From: Eledone cirrhosa
Taxonomy: Eukaryota
Reading direction: 5' to 3'
Assembly (NCBI GenBank): GCA_964016885.1
Contig: OZ024743.1
Span: 183,706,001-183,770,000 of the forward strand
Length of the DNA: 64,000 nucleotides
This document shows, one piece after another, positions 1-13,504 of this stretch (position 1 is the first letter of the stretch; the number at the start of each line of letters is the position of its first letter). Below the pieces are notes generated by a model. It was not told where the DNA came from. It ran no database searches and was given only the letters and a program-made list of their open reading frames with translations. A program made the position numbers and the translations under genes.

Positions 1-85
1 TATATGTATATATATATATATGTATATATTTGTATATATGTATATGTATATATTTGTATATATGTATATATTTGTATATATGTAT

Positions 86-153
<68 letters not shown>

Positions 154-210
154 GTATATATGTATATATATATATATATGTATATATATATGTATATATA
201 TGTATATATA
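1..210. repeat. (TA)n/(TATG)n compound microsatellite
   Basis: Directly visible; the YI-rich ORFs here are translation artefacts. Confidence 0.98.
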
Positions 211-332
211 CGTGGGAAAGTAAAAAATCGGAGAATAGACCGTTAAAACATGTTTATTTAAAACGGCACCTACGTACGTTTTAAATAAACATGTTTTAAC
301 GGTCTATTCTCCGATTTTTTACTTTCCCACGT
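210..332. repeat. Perfect 56-bp inverted repeat (foldback) with 11-nt loop
   Basis: 210-265 (acgtgggaaag...tttaaaacg) is the exact reverse complement of 277-332; the loop is gcacctacgta. Confidence 0.95.
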
Positions 333-517
333 GCTTACGCTCTGCTAACTCTCTAGCCCACTAAATATTAACACTTCGAATATTTAATACTGCCGGCACT
401 AGTATCGAGCACCTTTGGCATACGCTACTTGGTAAATAACTATATGTATCACCTATCCTCCCTTTTTTTCTCTTTCTCGATACGTAAATACTATATGTAT
501 ATATGTATATGTATATA

Positions 518-852
518 TCATCATCATCATCATTTCATTTTACGTCCGCTTTTCCCTGCTTGCAAGGGTGGGACGGGAACTGATTCTGGCTTGATTTCTA
601 CAGCTGGATGCCCTTCCTAACACCAACCTCATTTACAGCGAGTGCTGGGTGCTTTTTTGCCATGGCACCTCCACGACCACTTTGCAGTGGAATGATAGGG
701 ACCCCAGTCCCTATCATCTCATTTCTACAGCTGAGTAAACTGGAGCAATGTGAAATAAAGTCTCTTGCTCAAGTAAACAACACATCACCCGGCCTGAGAA
801 TTGAACTCACAACCTTTCGATTGCAAGGCCAATGCTCTAACCACTAAGCCAT
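518..852 (-). mobile_element. tRNA-derived SINE with RTE-type 3' tail ending in (ATG)n
   Basis: Minus strand begins ggcttagtggttagagc (A-box-like) and gagttcaattc (B-box-like), then the AGGAAGGGCATCCAGCTGTAGAAA motif. Its tail closely matches the 3' end of the LINE at 8281-8340. Confidence 0.85.
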
Positions 853-956
853 ATATATATGTGTGTGTGTGTGTGCGTGTGTATATATGTGTGTGTAATG
901 TATATATATATATATATACATACACACACATATATATATGTATATATGTATATGTA

Positions 957-1007
<51 letters not shown>

Positions 1008-1058
1008 ATATATATATGTATGTATATATATATATGTATGTATATATATATATATATG

Positions 1059-1119
<61 letters not shown>

Positions 1120-1129
1120 GTATATATAT
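853..1129. repeat. (TG)n/(TA)n microsatellite
   Basis: Directly visible. Confidence 0.97.
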
Positions 1130-1558
1130 CGGTACTCAGTAATAGAGAAAACCCGCCTTACCTAAATACAAAGTAAAACCTACTACAGTCAGTAGGCATC
1201 TCTAACAAAATACACCCCCGTCCCACCACCCCCACCCCATCCACACCGCCCCTTTCAATGTAAAGTTATGTTGGTGCCACAACATCCAGGCCGAAACAAA
1301 TGAGATCGTGTAGGTGTCACGACAAAAAACACACAGTCCACGCTGTAATGTGGTCGTGTAGGCAACACGGTAAAACCTCCCAGCCCCACACTGTAAATGT
1401 GGTTGGTGTTAGGAAGGGCATCCAGCTGTAGAAAACCCGCCAGATAGTCCTATGCGAGCAAGACAATCACTCTTGCCTCAAGTGGGAAATACCCCCGTCC
1501 AAACCCATGCAAGCGTGGAACACGGACGTTAAACGTTGATGATGATGATGATGATGAT
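1130..1558 (+). mobile_element. 5'-truncated RTE LINE (last codons [11 protein letters not shown], 3' UTR, (GAT)n tail)
   Basis: Near-identical to 44758-45181; inserted in a TA tract. Confidence 0.92.
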
Positions 1559-1737
1559 ATATATATATAGATAGATAGATAAATATACACGGGTGTGTAT
1601 GATTGTGTATAGAAGATTATATTAATAAGAGGAATTCCAACTTTGTCTGATTTACTCGTTTTATTTACAATCCTTTAAAATTTATAATGGTATTATAATG
1701 AAATAATATGATAGAATATTAAATTCTAAGTGTTAAT

Positions 1738-1776
1738 TGAACAAGTACTTTCATGCTTTCGCAATCTTCAGGTTCA
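1738..1776 (-). ncRNA. Minimal type I hammerhead ribozyme in the Penelope pseudo-LTR
   Basis: Minus strand reads UGAAC-CUGAAGA-UUGC-GAAA-GCAU-GAAA-GUAC-UU-GUUCA. Stem I is UGAAC/GUUCA, the CUGANGA and GAAA cores are intact, stem II has a GAAA tetraloop, and stem III is the palindrome AGUACU. Confidence 0.8.
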
Positions 1777-1839
1777 TAATATGTGGTGACAGTCAAGTTT
1801 GCAATTTTCAACTGTAATAAGATGGGTAAATTTTCTACC

Positions 1840-1985
1840 TTTTATACATTTTATACAGGGAAAAGTGGCTCCAGAATCCTAAGTTTTGCAAACTGTATTT
1901 TGACCAATCAGTGTGTAGTTTCACTGAATTACTAAAGCTGATTGGTTTAAGCGTCACGGCTGGTTGAGCATGTCTAACGGCCAAT
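1840..1985 (-). promoter_or_regulatory. Putative Penelope pseudo-LTR promoter (CCAAT boxes and TATAAA)
   Basis: CCAAT boxes at ~1905, ~1943 (reverse) and ~1981; TATAAAA on the minus strand at ~1849-1855, about 70 nt upstream of the hammerhead. Function is inferred. Confidence 0.35.
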
Positions 1986-2155
1986 AATTAATCATATCCA
2001 AAGCATCAATTGTTTTGCTATTTTTAGAAATGATGAAAATAGCATTTTCTATTAATCATCACCATCAACATCACTTTTATTATTATTATTATTATTATTG
2101 GTGTTGTTAGTGGTCGTAGTCATAGTGATAGTAGAAGTAATACCCCTAAGCGTTA

Positions 2156-3187
2156 TTATTGTTCATTTAGCTTGGGTTTGAATTTATCAATAAAATTCTT
2201 TTCTTTGATTTTTCTCTTGATTTCACTTGGGCTGTGTAATTTGTAGAATGGGAATATTATAAATATTCCCTGACCACATGTTGCTAGATGGTTACTTAGG
2301 GGTATCTGACGGACATTTGGGTCTCTGATTTGTTGACGGTGTACCCGTGCACGTTCCAATAGTGCATTTCCAGTTTGACCGACATATAGTTCTTCACAAT
2401 TCGGGCATTTAATGCAGTAAATTAGATTTCTGCTTTTGCAGTTCATATTTGCATTTGGGAATATTTTTCCAGTTTTTGTTTTCATATATTGACCGGCGTG
2501 TATGGATTGACATGTGCCGCATCGACTATCATTGCATTTAGATACAGTGAATGATTGGTCTTTGTTGTTAAGGTAAAACTTTGCTTTTGTTAGTAATTGC
2601 TTCAAATTTTTTGGCTGTCTTTTACTAAGAGTCAAAGATCGATCTGTGATTAAGCCTTTTAATTCATTACTTTGAGCAATGATCGGTAGGTTTGCTTTGG
2701 CAGTGTTGAAGATATTCTGGTGACATGGGTTGTGTGTCATAAATGGTATGACCAGTTCTTGGTTTCTTCTTCCTTGGGTTGTCCTAAGTTGTTGTATAGG
2801 TATTTTTATAGCCCGCTGTATGCCATTTTCTATAAGTAGAGATGGGTATTTTTGTTTGAGCAAAAATTCTCTTAGTTCTGTTAGGCGTTTGTACCTGGTA
2901 TTCGTATCTTCTACAATGGTACAAATTCTTCTGGCTAGGCAGTATGGGATGTTGCGTTTTGTATGAGGTGGATGGCACAACTTAAAATTCAGATATTGAT
3001 GGGTGTCTGTGTGTTTATAATATATATCCGTGGTAATGGTGGTGTCGTTTTTGCTCAAACAAAAATACCCATCTTCTAGTATTACCTGGTTAACAATACG
3101 TGTCGTTATAGTGTGACCTACAGACCCAGATGCCTTCAGCATCTCGGCAGCTATACCCGATGGACCGGTTGCCTTCCCCATTTTCAT
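2156..3187 (-). pseudogene. Chimeric open frame: RTE LINE fragment fused in frame to the Penelope thumb and GIY-YIG endonuclease (343 aa)
   Basis: The first ~37 aa (MKMGKATGPSGIAAEMLK...VNQVIL) match the RTE copies at 9614-10039 and 42106-42579; the remainder is Penelope. Confidence 0.85.
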
Positions 3188-3290
3188 ATCTTTGATTGCC
3201 TTACTTACTACGTTGCTGCTGACTTGTACTGCTGGCTCCTCTATAGGGTCTACTTGGGGTAGGGTCTCTTCTTCCCATGCATTCTCCTCA
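3074..3290 (-). mobile_element. Inverted 5' segment of the RTE LINE at 3290-5012 (twin-priming inversion)
   Basis: Encodes EENAWEEETLPQVDP...VNQVIL on the minus strand, the segment that normally precedes IPKDWCSSIIV, which starts at ~3290 on the plus strand. Confidence 0.88.
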
Positions 3291-5012
3291 TACCAAAAGA
3301 TTGGTGCAGTAGCATCATTGTCAACTGCTATAAAGGTAAAGGTGATGCACTAGATAGAGGAAACTATAGAGGTATAAAGCTGATGGACCAGGTCATGAAA
3401 GTAACAGAAAGAGTTATAGCACAGTTGATTAGGGACCGGGTGAAACTAGACGAGATGCAATTTGTGTTTGTACCAGGAAGAGGCACCACTGATGCCCTCT
3501 TCCTTGTCAGGCAGTTACAGGAAAAGTACCTAGCTAAAAGTAAGCCACTCTACCTGGCATTTGTCGACCTTGAGAAAGCCTTTGACAGAGTTCCACGTGC
3601 TGTAATTTGGTGGGCTCTTAGAAAACTAGGAGTAGATGAATGGCTTGTGAAAGCGGTACAAGCCATGTATAGGCGAGCAGTCAGCAAAGTTAGGATTAGC
3701 AATGAGTATAGCGAGGAATTTAGCGTACAGGTTGGGGTCCATGAGGGCTCTGTTCTTAGCCCCCTCCTGTTCATCATAGTCCTGCAGGCAATAACGGAGG
3801 AGTTTAAGACCGGATGCCCATGGGAACTCCTGTATGCTGATGACCTTGCACTTATAGCTGAATCTATGGTAGAACTAGAGAATAAATTCCAAACTTGGAA
3901 GCAGGGACTAGAAAGAAAGGGTCTCAAAGTCAACATGACAAAGACTAAGGTCCTTGTAAGTAGATGAGAAAACAGAACCCAGATCCCCTCAGGGAAATGG
4001 CCTTGCTCAGTATGTAGGAAAGGTGTAGGTAGGAACTCCATTCCAAACAATGGGTACACAAGAGATGTAGCGGGATCTCAGGAAGCTTAATTAAGAATGT
4101 AGGATTCACATGCAGCAGCTGTGCTGGGATAGCAAGCAGCAAACAGCCACAGGAAACAAGTACCACCAATCTCTGGGAGGGCTCTGTAGAACCAGTAGAC
4201 AGCTTCTGCTACCTAGGTGACCGAATTAGCAGCGGAGGTGGGTGTTCAGAAAGTACAATAACTAGGGTTAGAACGGGATGGAAGAAGTTTAGATAACTAC
4301 TACCACTGCTAGCTGCAAAAGGCTTCTCCCTCAAAATGAAAGGCAGACTGTATGATGCGTGTATCCGAACAGCGATGCTGCATGGTAGTGAGACCTGGGC
4401 GCTGAAGGTGGAAGACTTACGTAGATTAGAGAGAAACGAAGCCTGCATGTTCCGATGGATGTGTAACAGTAATATACGCGAACGACAAAGCATAAATGAA
4501 TTGAGAGAGAGACTGAGCATAAGAGGAATCAAATGCTGTGTGCAGGAGAGGCGGTTGTGCTGGTATGGACATGTGATGCGTATGAAGGATGACAGCTGCA
4601 TAAAAAGGTGTAGAGCACTAGAAGTCGATGGAAACCGCGGAGTGGGGAGACCTAAGATGACCTGGGATGAGGTGATAAAAGCCGACCTTACCCAATTACA
4701 CATCTCAAAGGCGATGACACATGACCGTGACCTCTGGCGTGACGCAGTAATACAGAGTACCCGACCTCCCATGGGTACAAGCTGAAGCATATAGACAATA
4801 TGCCCCCACACCCCCCACTGCAAGGTGGTCGTGGAGGTGCCACAGCAAAAAAGCACCCAGCCCACACTGTAAAGTGGACGTGTAGGCACCACGAAAAAGC
4901 ACCCAGCACTCACTGTAAATGAGGTTGGTGTTAGGAAGGGCATCCAGCTGTAGAAATCAAGCCAAATCAGTTCCTGTACGAGCAAGGCGTGGTCAGCCGA
5001 CCAGACACTGCC
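3290..5012 (+). mobile_element. RTE-clade LINE (RT, PHD-like finger, C-terminal domain, 3' UTR), with stops and frameshifts
   Basis: NYRGIKL, FVDLEKAFDRV, GVHEGSVLSP, LLYADD, WPCSVCRKGVG, RLCWYGHV, GRPKMTW. Confidence 0.95.
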
Positions 5013-5013
5013 C

Positions 5014-6660
5014 ACAAAAGCTTTCGATACTGTTAACAGAGATGCATTATGGAAGGTTCTCCAGAAACTTGGTTGCCCTGATAAGTTCCTTGCTTTAGTT
5101 AGGTCTTTCCATGACGACATGAAGGCTTCGGTTAATGTCGGAGGTAACATGTCGGAGCCTATCTCAGTAAAAAATGGAGTGAAACAGGGGGATATTCCAG
5201 CACCGACCCTGTTTGCCATATACTTTGTAATGGTTTTCTGTATTGCATTCAGGAATTGCGAGCATGTTGTTTACATCCGATATCGAACCTCAGGCAGCAT
5301 ATTTAACATCAATCATAAGAGACCTCTTGTATGCAGATGATTGCGATCTTGTAGCGCACACAGAGAGTGATATGCAGCACATTTTGAATGCATTTTCTGA
5401 GGCTTGCACTGCCCTAGGATTGACTGTCAGTCTCAAGAAAACCGTTGTCATGTACCAACCTGCCCCTGGTAAGCACTGCAGTGAACCAAATATCTATGTG
5501 TATGTTAAACGACTTGGAGTGGTTGATCAGTTTGTCTACCTGGGTAGCACTGTCAATCGATACAGCAACCTTGATAGTGAAATCTCACTTAGGATTAGGA
5601 AAGGAAGTGATGCTTTCGGAAAGCTAGAAAGACAACTCTGGGGTCGGCGAGACATATGCAAGAAGACAAAGGTAAAGGTGTACAAGGCATGTGTGCTCTC
5701 TTCTCTTCTTTATGCCTGCGAGACCTGGGTCACATATCGACACCACCTTAAGCAATTGGAGCGTTTCCATCAGATGTGTCTCAGACGGATCCATGGTGTT
5801 CACTGGAGGGACCACATCAGTGATATCGAGATTTTGGAAAGCTCTATGTGTGACAGTATAGAAGCTCTTGTGCTTAAGCAATGACTCCATTGGAGTGGTC
5901 ACCTTGCCAGGATGAAGGATTCTAGAATACCAAAACAACTCTTTTATGGAGAGTTAGTTAAAGGAAAACGACCGCCACATAAACCAAAAAAGAGGTATAA
6001 GGATTCCTTGAAAGCCTCTTTGAAAGACGCTAACATCTCTGCTGATACATGGGAAAATATTGCTGCTGATCGTAATAAATGGAGAAAGACTGTATCTGAG
6101 GGAAAAGTTGCCTTTGAAGGATCTCGAATCGCATACGAGATAGTAAAGCGGGATGTGAGGAAGGGCATTGCTGTTGCACTTCCAGACAGAGAGGGTCCTC
6201 CTATGGTGCTGACATGCAGCGTATGTGCGAGACTCTGCCTAAGCAAAGCTGGACTCGAAAGTCATCTTCGCAGTCATAAAGTGAGACCAGTGGTTGACTA
6301 CCAGGCTGCTGTTGGAGATGCTACTCATCATGCTTGCCAAGCATGTGGTAAAGAATGCAAATCAGCAGGAGGGCTCAAGCGACATGCAAAAGTACACAAA
6401 CTCCAACCACAGCCGACTATTCCCAGTAAATGTTTTGGTTGCCGACTCTGTGCAAGACATTTTAGATCATTGGCTGGGCTAAAAAGCCACATTCGATCGC
6501 AGCGCTGTTAGTTGCTATCGTGTGTGTATATATGTATATGTATATTATTGTTGTTGTTGTTGTCGTTATTATTATTGTTGTTATTACTATTGTTATTAAT
6601 ATTTTTTTTTTTTTTTCTCGTGCAATGGCCATACTCGATAATGAGGGGGCAGCCATCATA
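5014..6660 (+). mobile_element. RTE/BovB-like LINE, 5'-truncated, ending in three C2H2 zinc fingers
   Basis: KAFDTVNRDALW, GVKQGD, LLYADD, FVYLGS, LLYACETW, PKQLFYGEL; fingers CSVC..HLRSH, CQAC..HAKVH and CRLC..HIRS. There is a frameshift near 5310 and a TGA at 5882. Confidence 0.95.
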
Positions 6661-6746
6661 TATATATGTAGGAATATATATAAATATATATAAATATATA
6701 TATATGTATGTATGAATATATATAAATATATATATGTATGTATGAA
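6660..6746. repeat. (TA)n/(TATG)n tract (LINE tail or target)
   Basis: Directly visible. Confidence 0.9.
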
Positions 6747-7050
6747 TTTTACGTCCGCTTTTTCCCTGCTTGCAAGGGTGGGACGGGAACTGATTCTTGC
6801 TTGATTTCTACAGCTGGATGCCCTTCCTAACACCAACCTCATTTACAGTGAGTGCTGGGTGCTTTTTTGCCGTGGCACCTCCACGACCACTTTGCAGTGG
6901 AATGATATGGACCCCAGTCCCTATTATCTCATTTCTACAGCTGAGTAAACTGGAGCAATGTGAAATAAAGTGTCTTGCTCAAGGAAACAACACATCACCC
7001 GGTCTAAGATTGCAAGGTCAATGCTCTAACCACTAAGCCATGTGCCTCCA
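6747..7050 (-). mobile_element. tRNA-derived SINE (same family as 518-852)
   Basis: Highly similar to 538-850, with a short deletion removing the B-box region. Confidence 0.88.
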
Positions 7051-7066
7051 TATATATGTATGTATG

Positions 7067-7101
<35 letters not shown>

Positions 7102-7239
7102 CGATGATGATGATGATATATGTATGTATGTATGTATTTATATATATATATATGTATGTATGAATATATATATATGTATGTATGTATATATATATATGTA
7201 TGTATGTATGTATGAATATATATATATATATATGTATGT

Positions 7240-7293
<54 letters not shown>

Positions 7294-7430
7294 TTGAATA
7301 TATATATATGTATGTATGTATGTATGAATATATATATATATATGTATGTATGTATGATTATATATATATGTATGTATGTATGAATATATATATAGGTATG
7401 TATGTATGAATATATATATAGGTATGTATG

Positions 7431-7464
<34 letters not shown>

Positions 7465-7540
7465 AATATATATATATATATATATGTATGTATGAATATA
7501 TATATATATATATGTATGTATGAATATATATATATATGAA
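7051..7540. repeat. Compound (TA)n/(TATG)n/TGAATA microsatellite, including a short RTE tail remnant (ttaaacgatgatg)
   Basis: Directly visible. Confidence 0.95.
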
Positions 7541-7822
7541 TGATGTATAGTATATTTGGCAATATACCGTATGTTTAATTAAAAACATTTAGAAGACCAT
7601 ACGCTATCGGTTTTAAAGTAGTGACAATGTCACTACTTTTGAAAGAAGGGAGAGAAGCTAACAGTCTGTTTCACGCTGGTTGGCGATCATCATGGCCACG
7701 CACCCCCTGCTTCCGCTGAAAATGATAAAAGATGGATTCTTATAGAATTCCAGTAATAATAAGGAGCTGATTATACAGAGCAAATATACTGTATATTGCC
7801 AAATATACTATACATACATTCA
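7537..7822. repeat. ~35-bp inverted repeat pair enclosing ~210 bp, with an internal 25-bp palindrome
   Basis: atgtatagtatatttggcaatatac pairs with gtatattgccaaatatactatacat; the palindrome aaagtagtgacaatgtcactacttt is at 7615-7639. Confidence 0.75.
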
Positions 7823-7896
7823 TGTATACATCACTATTTCAGAGCACCAATCCTAATACCTAATTTTATATATGTATATATATTCATACATACATA

Positions 7897-8153
7897 TATC
7901 ATCATCATCGTTTTACGTCCGTTCTTCCACGCTAGCATGGGTTAGACGGGTTGTCCTGACCTTGTCTTGCTCATACGGGAACTGATGCTGGCTTGATTTT
8001 TACAGCTGGATGCCCTTCCTAACACCAACCTCATTTACAGTGAGTGCTGGGTGCTTTTTTGCCGTGGCACCTCCACGACCACTTTGCAGTGGAATGATAT
8101 GGACCTCTGTCCCTATCATCTCATCTCTACAGCTGAGTAAACTGGAGCAATGT
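7897..8153 (-). mobile_element. SINE lacking its tRNA head (same family as 518-852)
   Basis: Same body and (ATG)n tail. Confidence 0.85.
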
Positions 8154-8158
8154 GTATA

Positions 8159-11530
<3,372 letters not shown>

Positions 11531-11614
11531 TACATATATATATATATATACATACATATACATACATACATATATATACATATATATATACATACATACA
11601 CATTCATACATACA

Positions 11615-12261
11615 TATGGTGGCTGCCAACTCGTTTTCGTGTACGGCCACTACTTTATATCCATGTAGGAGAACCCCTACCGATGCGCTGAACGAGTGTG
11701 GCTTTTTAGTCCAGCCAGCGACTTGAAAACTCTGGTACAAACACTTCACTTGTGACAATTATTGACACATAGTGCTGGGCCTATGGTACCATGTGACCCA
11801 AGGTGCCGTGTGAGATCACTACTCGACCTGCATACCCTTCCACAAACATCACGTCGTCATCTGATGAACACTTATAGCTCCACAGGTGCCTGCTTCCCTG
11901 TTCTTGTGCACTCTCAGGTGACTCTTTAGACCTGCCATGCTCGGACAAACCCTATTACAGGTCTCACATGTCAGGTCAGGCCGTCAGTCAGTGCCTTCGG
12001 GAAGGCCAACATGGATTCCTTTCCGGACATCTCTTTTTAGTGTCTCGTGCCTTCTTCTTGTTTCCTCAAATAGACTCTTGCCACTAGCCACTGCTTTCCT
12101 CCAATGCGATCGGACACTAGCGCATGCTTCCCAGTGCTCACAAGGGATGTTACTTTTCTTGATGCAGTCCTTAAAACGCATCTTGGGTTTGCTCGCGTTC
12201 CTTTTTCCCATTTGGAGCTCTCCATAAAGCAGCTGCTTCGGCATTCGCTTGTGAGACGTGG
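11615..12261 (-). mobile_element. 3' part of an RTE/BovB-like LINE with triple C2H2 tail (relative of 5014-6660)
   Basis: MPKQLLYGEL...KRDVRKGI, CETCNRVC..AGLKSHLRVH and C..VFKSLAGLKSH; the 3' end ggcagccaccata resembles ggcagccatcata at ~6648. Confidence 0.9.
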
Positions 12262-12450
12262 GTGGTCCACCGTAGACAGATGAAGCGACTTGAGAGGTTC
12301 CACCAGTACTGCTTACGTCGGATCCTCGGCATAACTTGGCAAATGTTTGTCAGTGACGTTGAGGTTCTGGACAGAAGTGGCTGTGATAGTGTCGAGTCAT
12401 TGATTTTGAAACATCAGCTGCGCTGGACAGGCCATCTTGTAAGGATGAAT
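12262..12450 (+). mobile_element. Inverted 5' segment of the LINE at 11615-12261 (twin priming)
   Basis: RLERFHQYCLRRILG...RWTGHLVRMN is the segment immediately upstream of MPKQLLYGEL in the family, but lies on the opposite strand. Confidence 0.88.
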
Positions 12451-12736
12451 ACATACATATACATACATACATACATATACACACATATATATATATATAT
12501 ATTAGATCGTTATTGATCTGGTTCAGAGAAAGATAAGTAACTTAAGTAATATTATGGACCAGTTCTTCAGAACGTCAGATGAGATAATGAAATTATTGAT
12601 ATAGATAAAATGGAATAAGAAATATAAAATAAAATAAAGTAAGAGGGTTACGTGTCCATAAGATTACTTAGAATGGTAGTTCCCGAAGAGCGTCTTGGAG
12701 AGCTCAAATGTCTGCTATAAACAAGCATTATAGGTG

Positions 12737-13432
12737 TCATCATCATCATCATCATCATCGTTTAACGTCCATCTTCCACGCCTGCATGGGTTTGGACGGG
12801 AATTTTCCCACTTGAGGCAAGATTGGTTGTCTTGCTCGTATAGGACTGTCTGGCGGGTTTTCTCTGGCTGGATGTCCTTCCTAACACCAACCACGTTTAC
12901 AGTTTGGACTGGGAGGTTTTTACCGTGTTACGTACATGGCCACATTACAGCGTGGACTGTGTGTTTTTTGTCGTGGCACCTACACGACCTCATTTATTTC
13001 GAACTGGATGTTGTGGTACCAACATAACTTTACATTGAAAGGGGTGGTGGGGATGGGGTGAGGGTAGTGGGATGGGGGTGTATTTTTGTTAAGAGGTGCC
13101 TACTGACTGTAGGTTTCGCTTTGTACTTAGGCAAGGCGGGTCTTCTGTATTACTGTGTAGCGCCAAAGATCTCGGTCCAGTGACATTGTCTTGGAGAGCT
13201 GTAAGTGTGTGAGGTCGGAATTTATCAAGTTGTCCCAGGTTTTTCTGGGTCTACCTACTCCGTGGCTACCATCTATTTTTATCGCCCTGCACTTTTTTAT
13301 ACAGCTGTCGTCTTTCATGCTCATCACGTGACCGTACCAACATAGCCTTCTCTCAAGTAAACAACATCTGATCCCTCTTATTCCTAATTTCTCCCTTAGT
13401 TCATTTATGCTTTGCCGTTCACGTATATTACT
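12737..13432 (-). mobile_element. 5'-truncated RTE LINE (C-terminus, 3' UTR, (ATG)n tail)
   Basis: GRPRKTW...QKTRLA*; similar to 44490-45181. Confidence 0.92.
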
Positions 13433-13473
13433 GTGTATATATATATATATCCACTCGTCCTTGTATTATATTA

Positions 13474-13504
<31 letters not shown>

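Larger units (their letters stand above)
1590..3073 (-). mobile_element. Penelope-like retroelement, 5'-truncated (RT thumb, GIY-YIG endonuclease, pseudo-LTR)
   Basis: ORF contains TDIYYKHTDTHQYL...HPPHTKRNIPY (PLE thumb), a CNDSRCGTC linker and NLIYCIKCPNCEELYVGQT...R...H...E...LN (GIY-YIG). A downstream hammerhead motif and AATAAA lie on the same strand. Confidence 0.93.

Noticed and set aside
790-852. tRNA-like sequence with A and B boxes (also at other SINE heads)
   Set aside because: No complete cloverleaf or acceptor stem; it continues into a SINE body.
4-1176. Numerous YI/CV/HT-rich ORFs (also at 7026-7588, 8000-8395, 21644-22068, 39292-39612 and 47293-47735)
   Set aside because: Translations of dinucleotide microsatellites and short minisatellites, which lack stop codons by composition.
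4209-5219. 336-aa minus-strand ORF and other long antisense ORFs (3550-4059, 8152-8877, 43788-44195)
   Set aside because: Antisense readings of LINE coding sequence that cross element junctions; no independent motif.
5912-6511. Host C2H2 zinc-finger gene
   Set aside because: The fingers are continuous with the LINE ORF (PKQLFYGEL) and lack TGEKP linkers.
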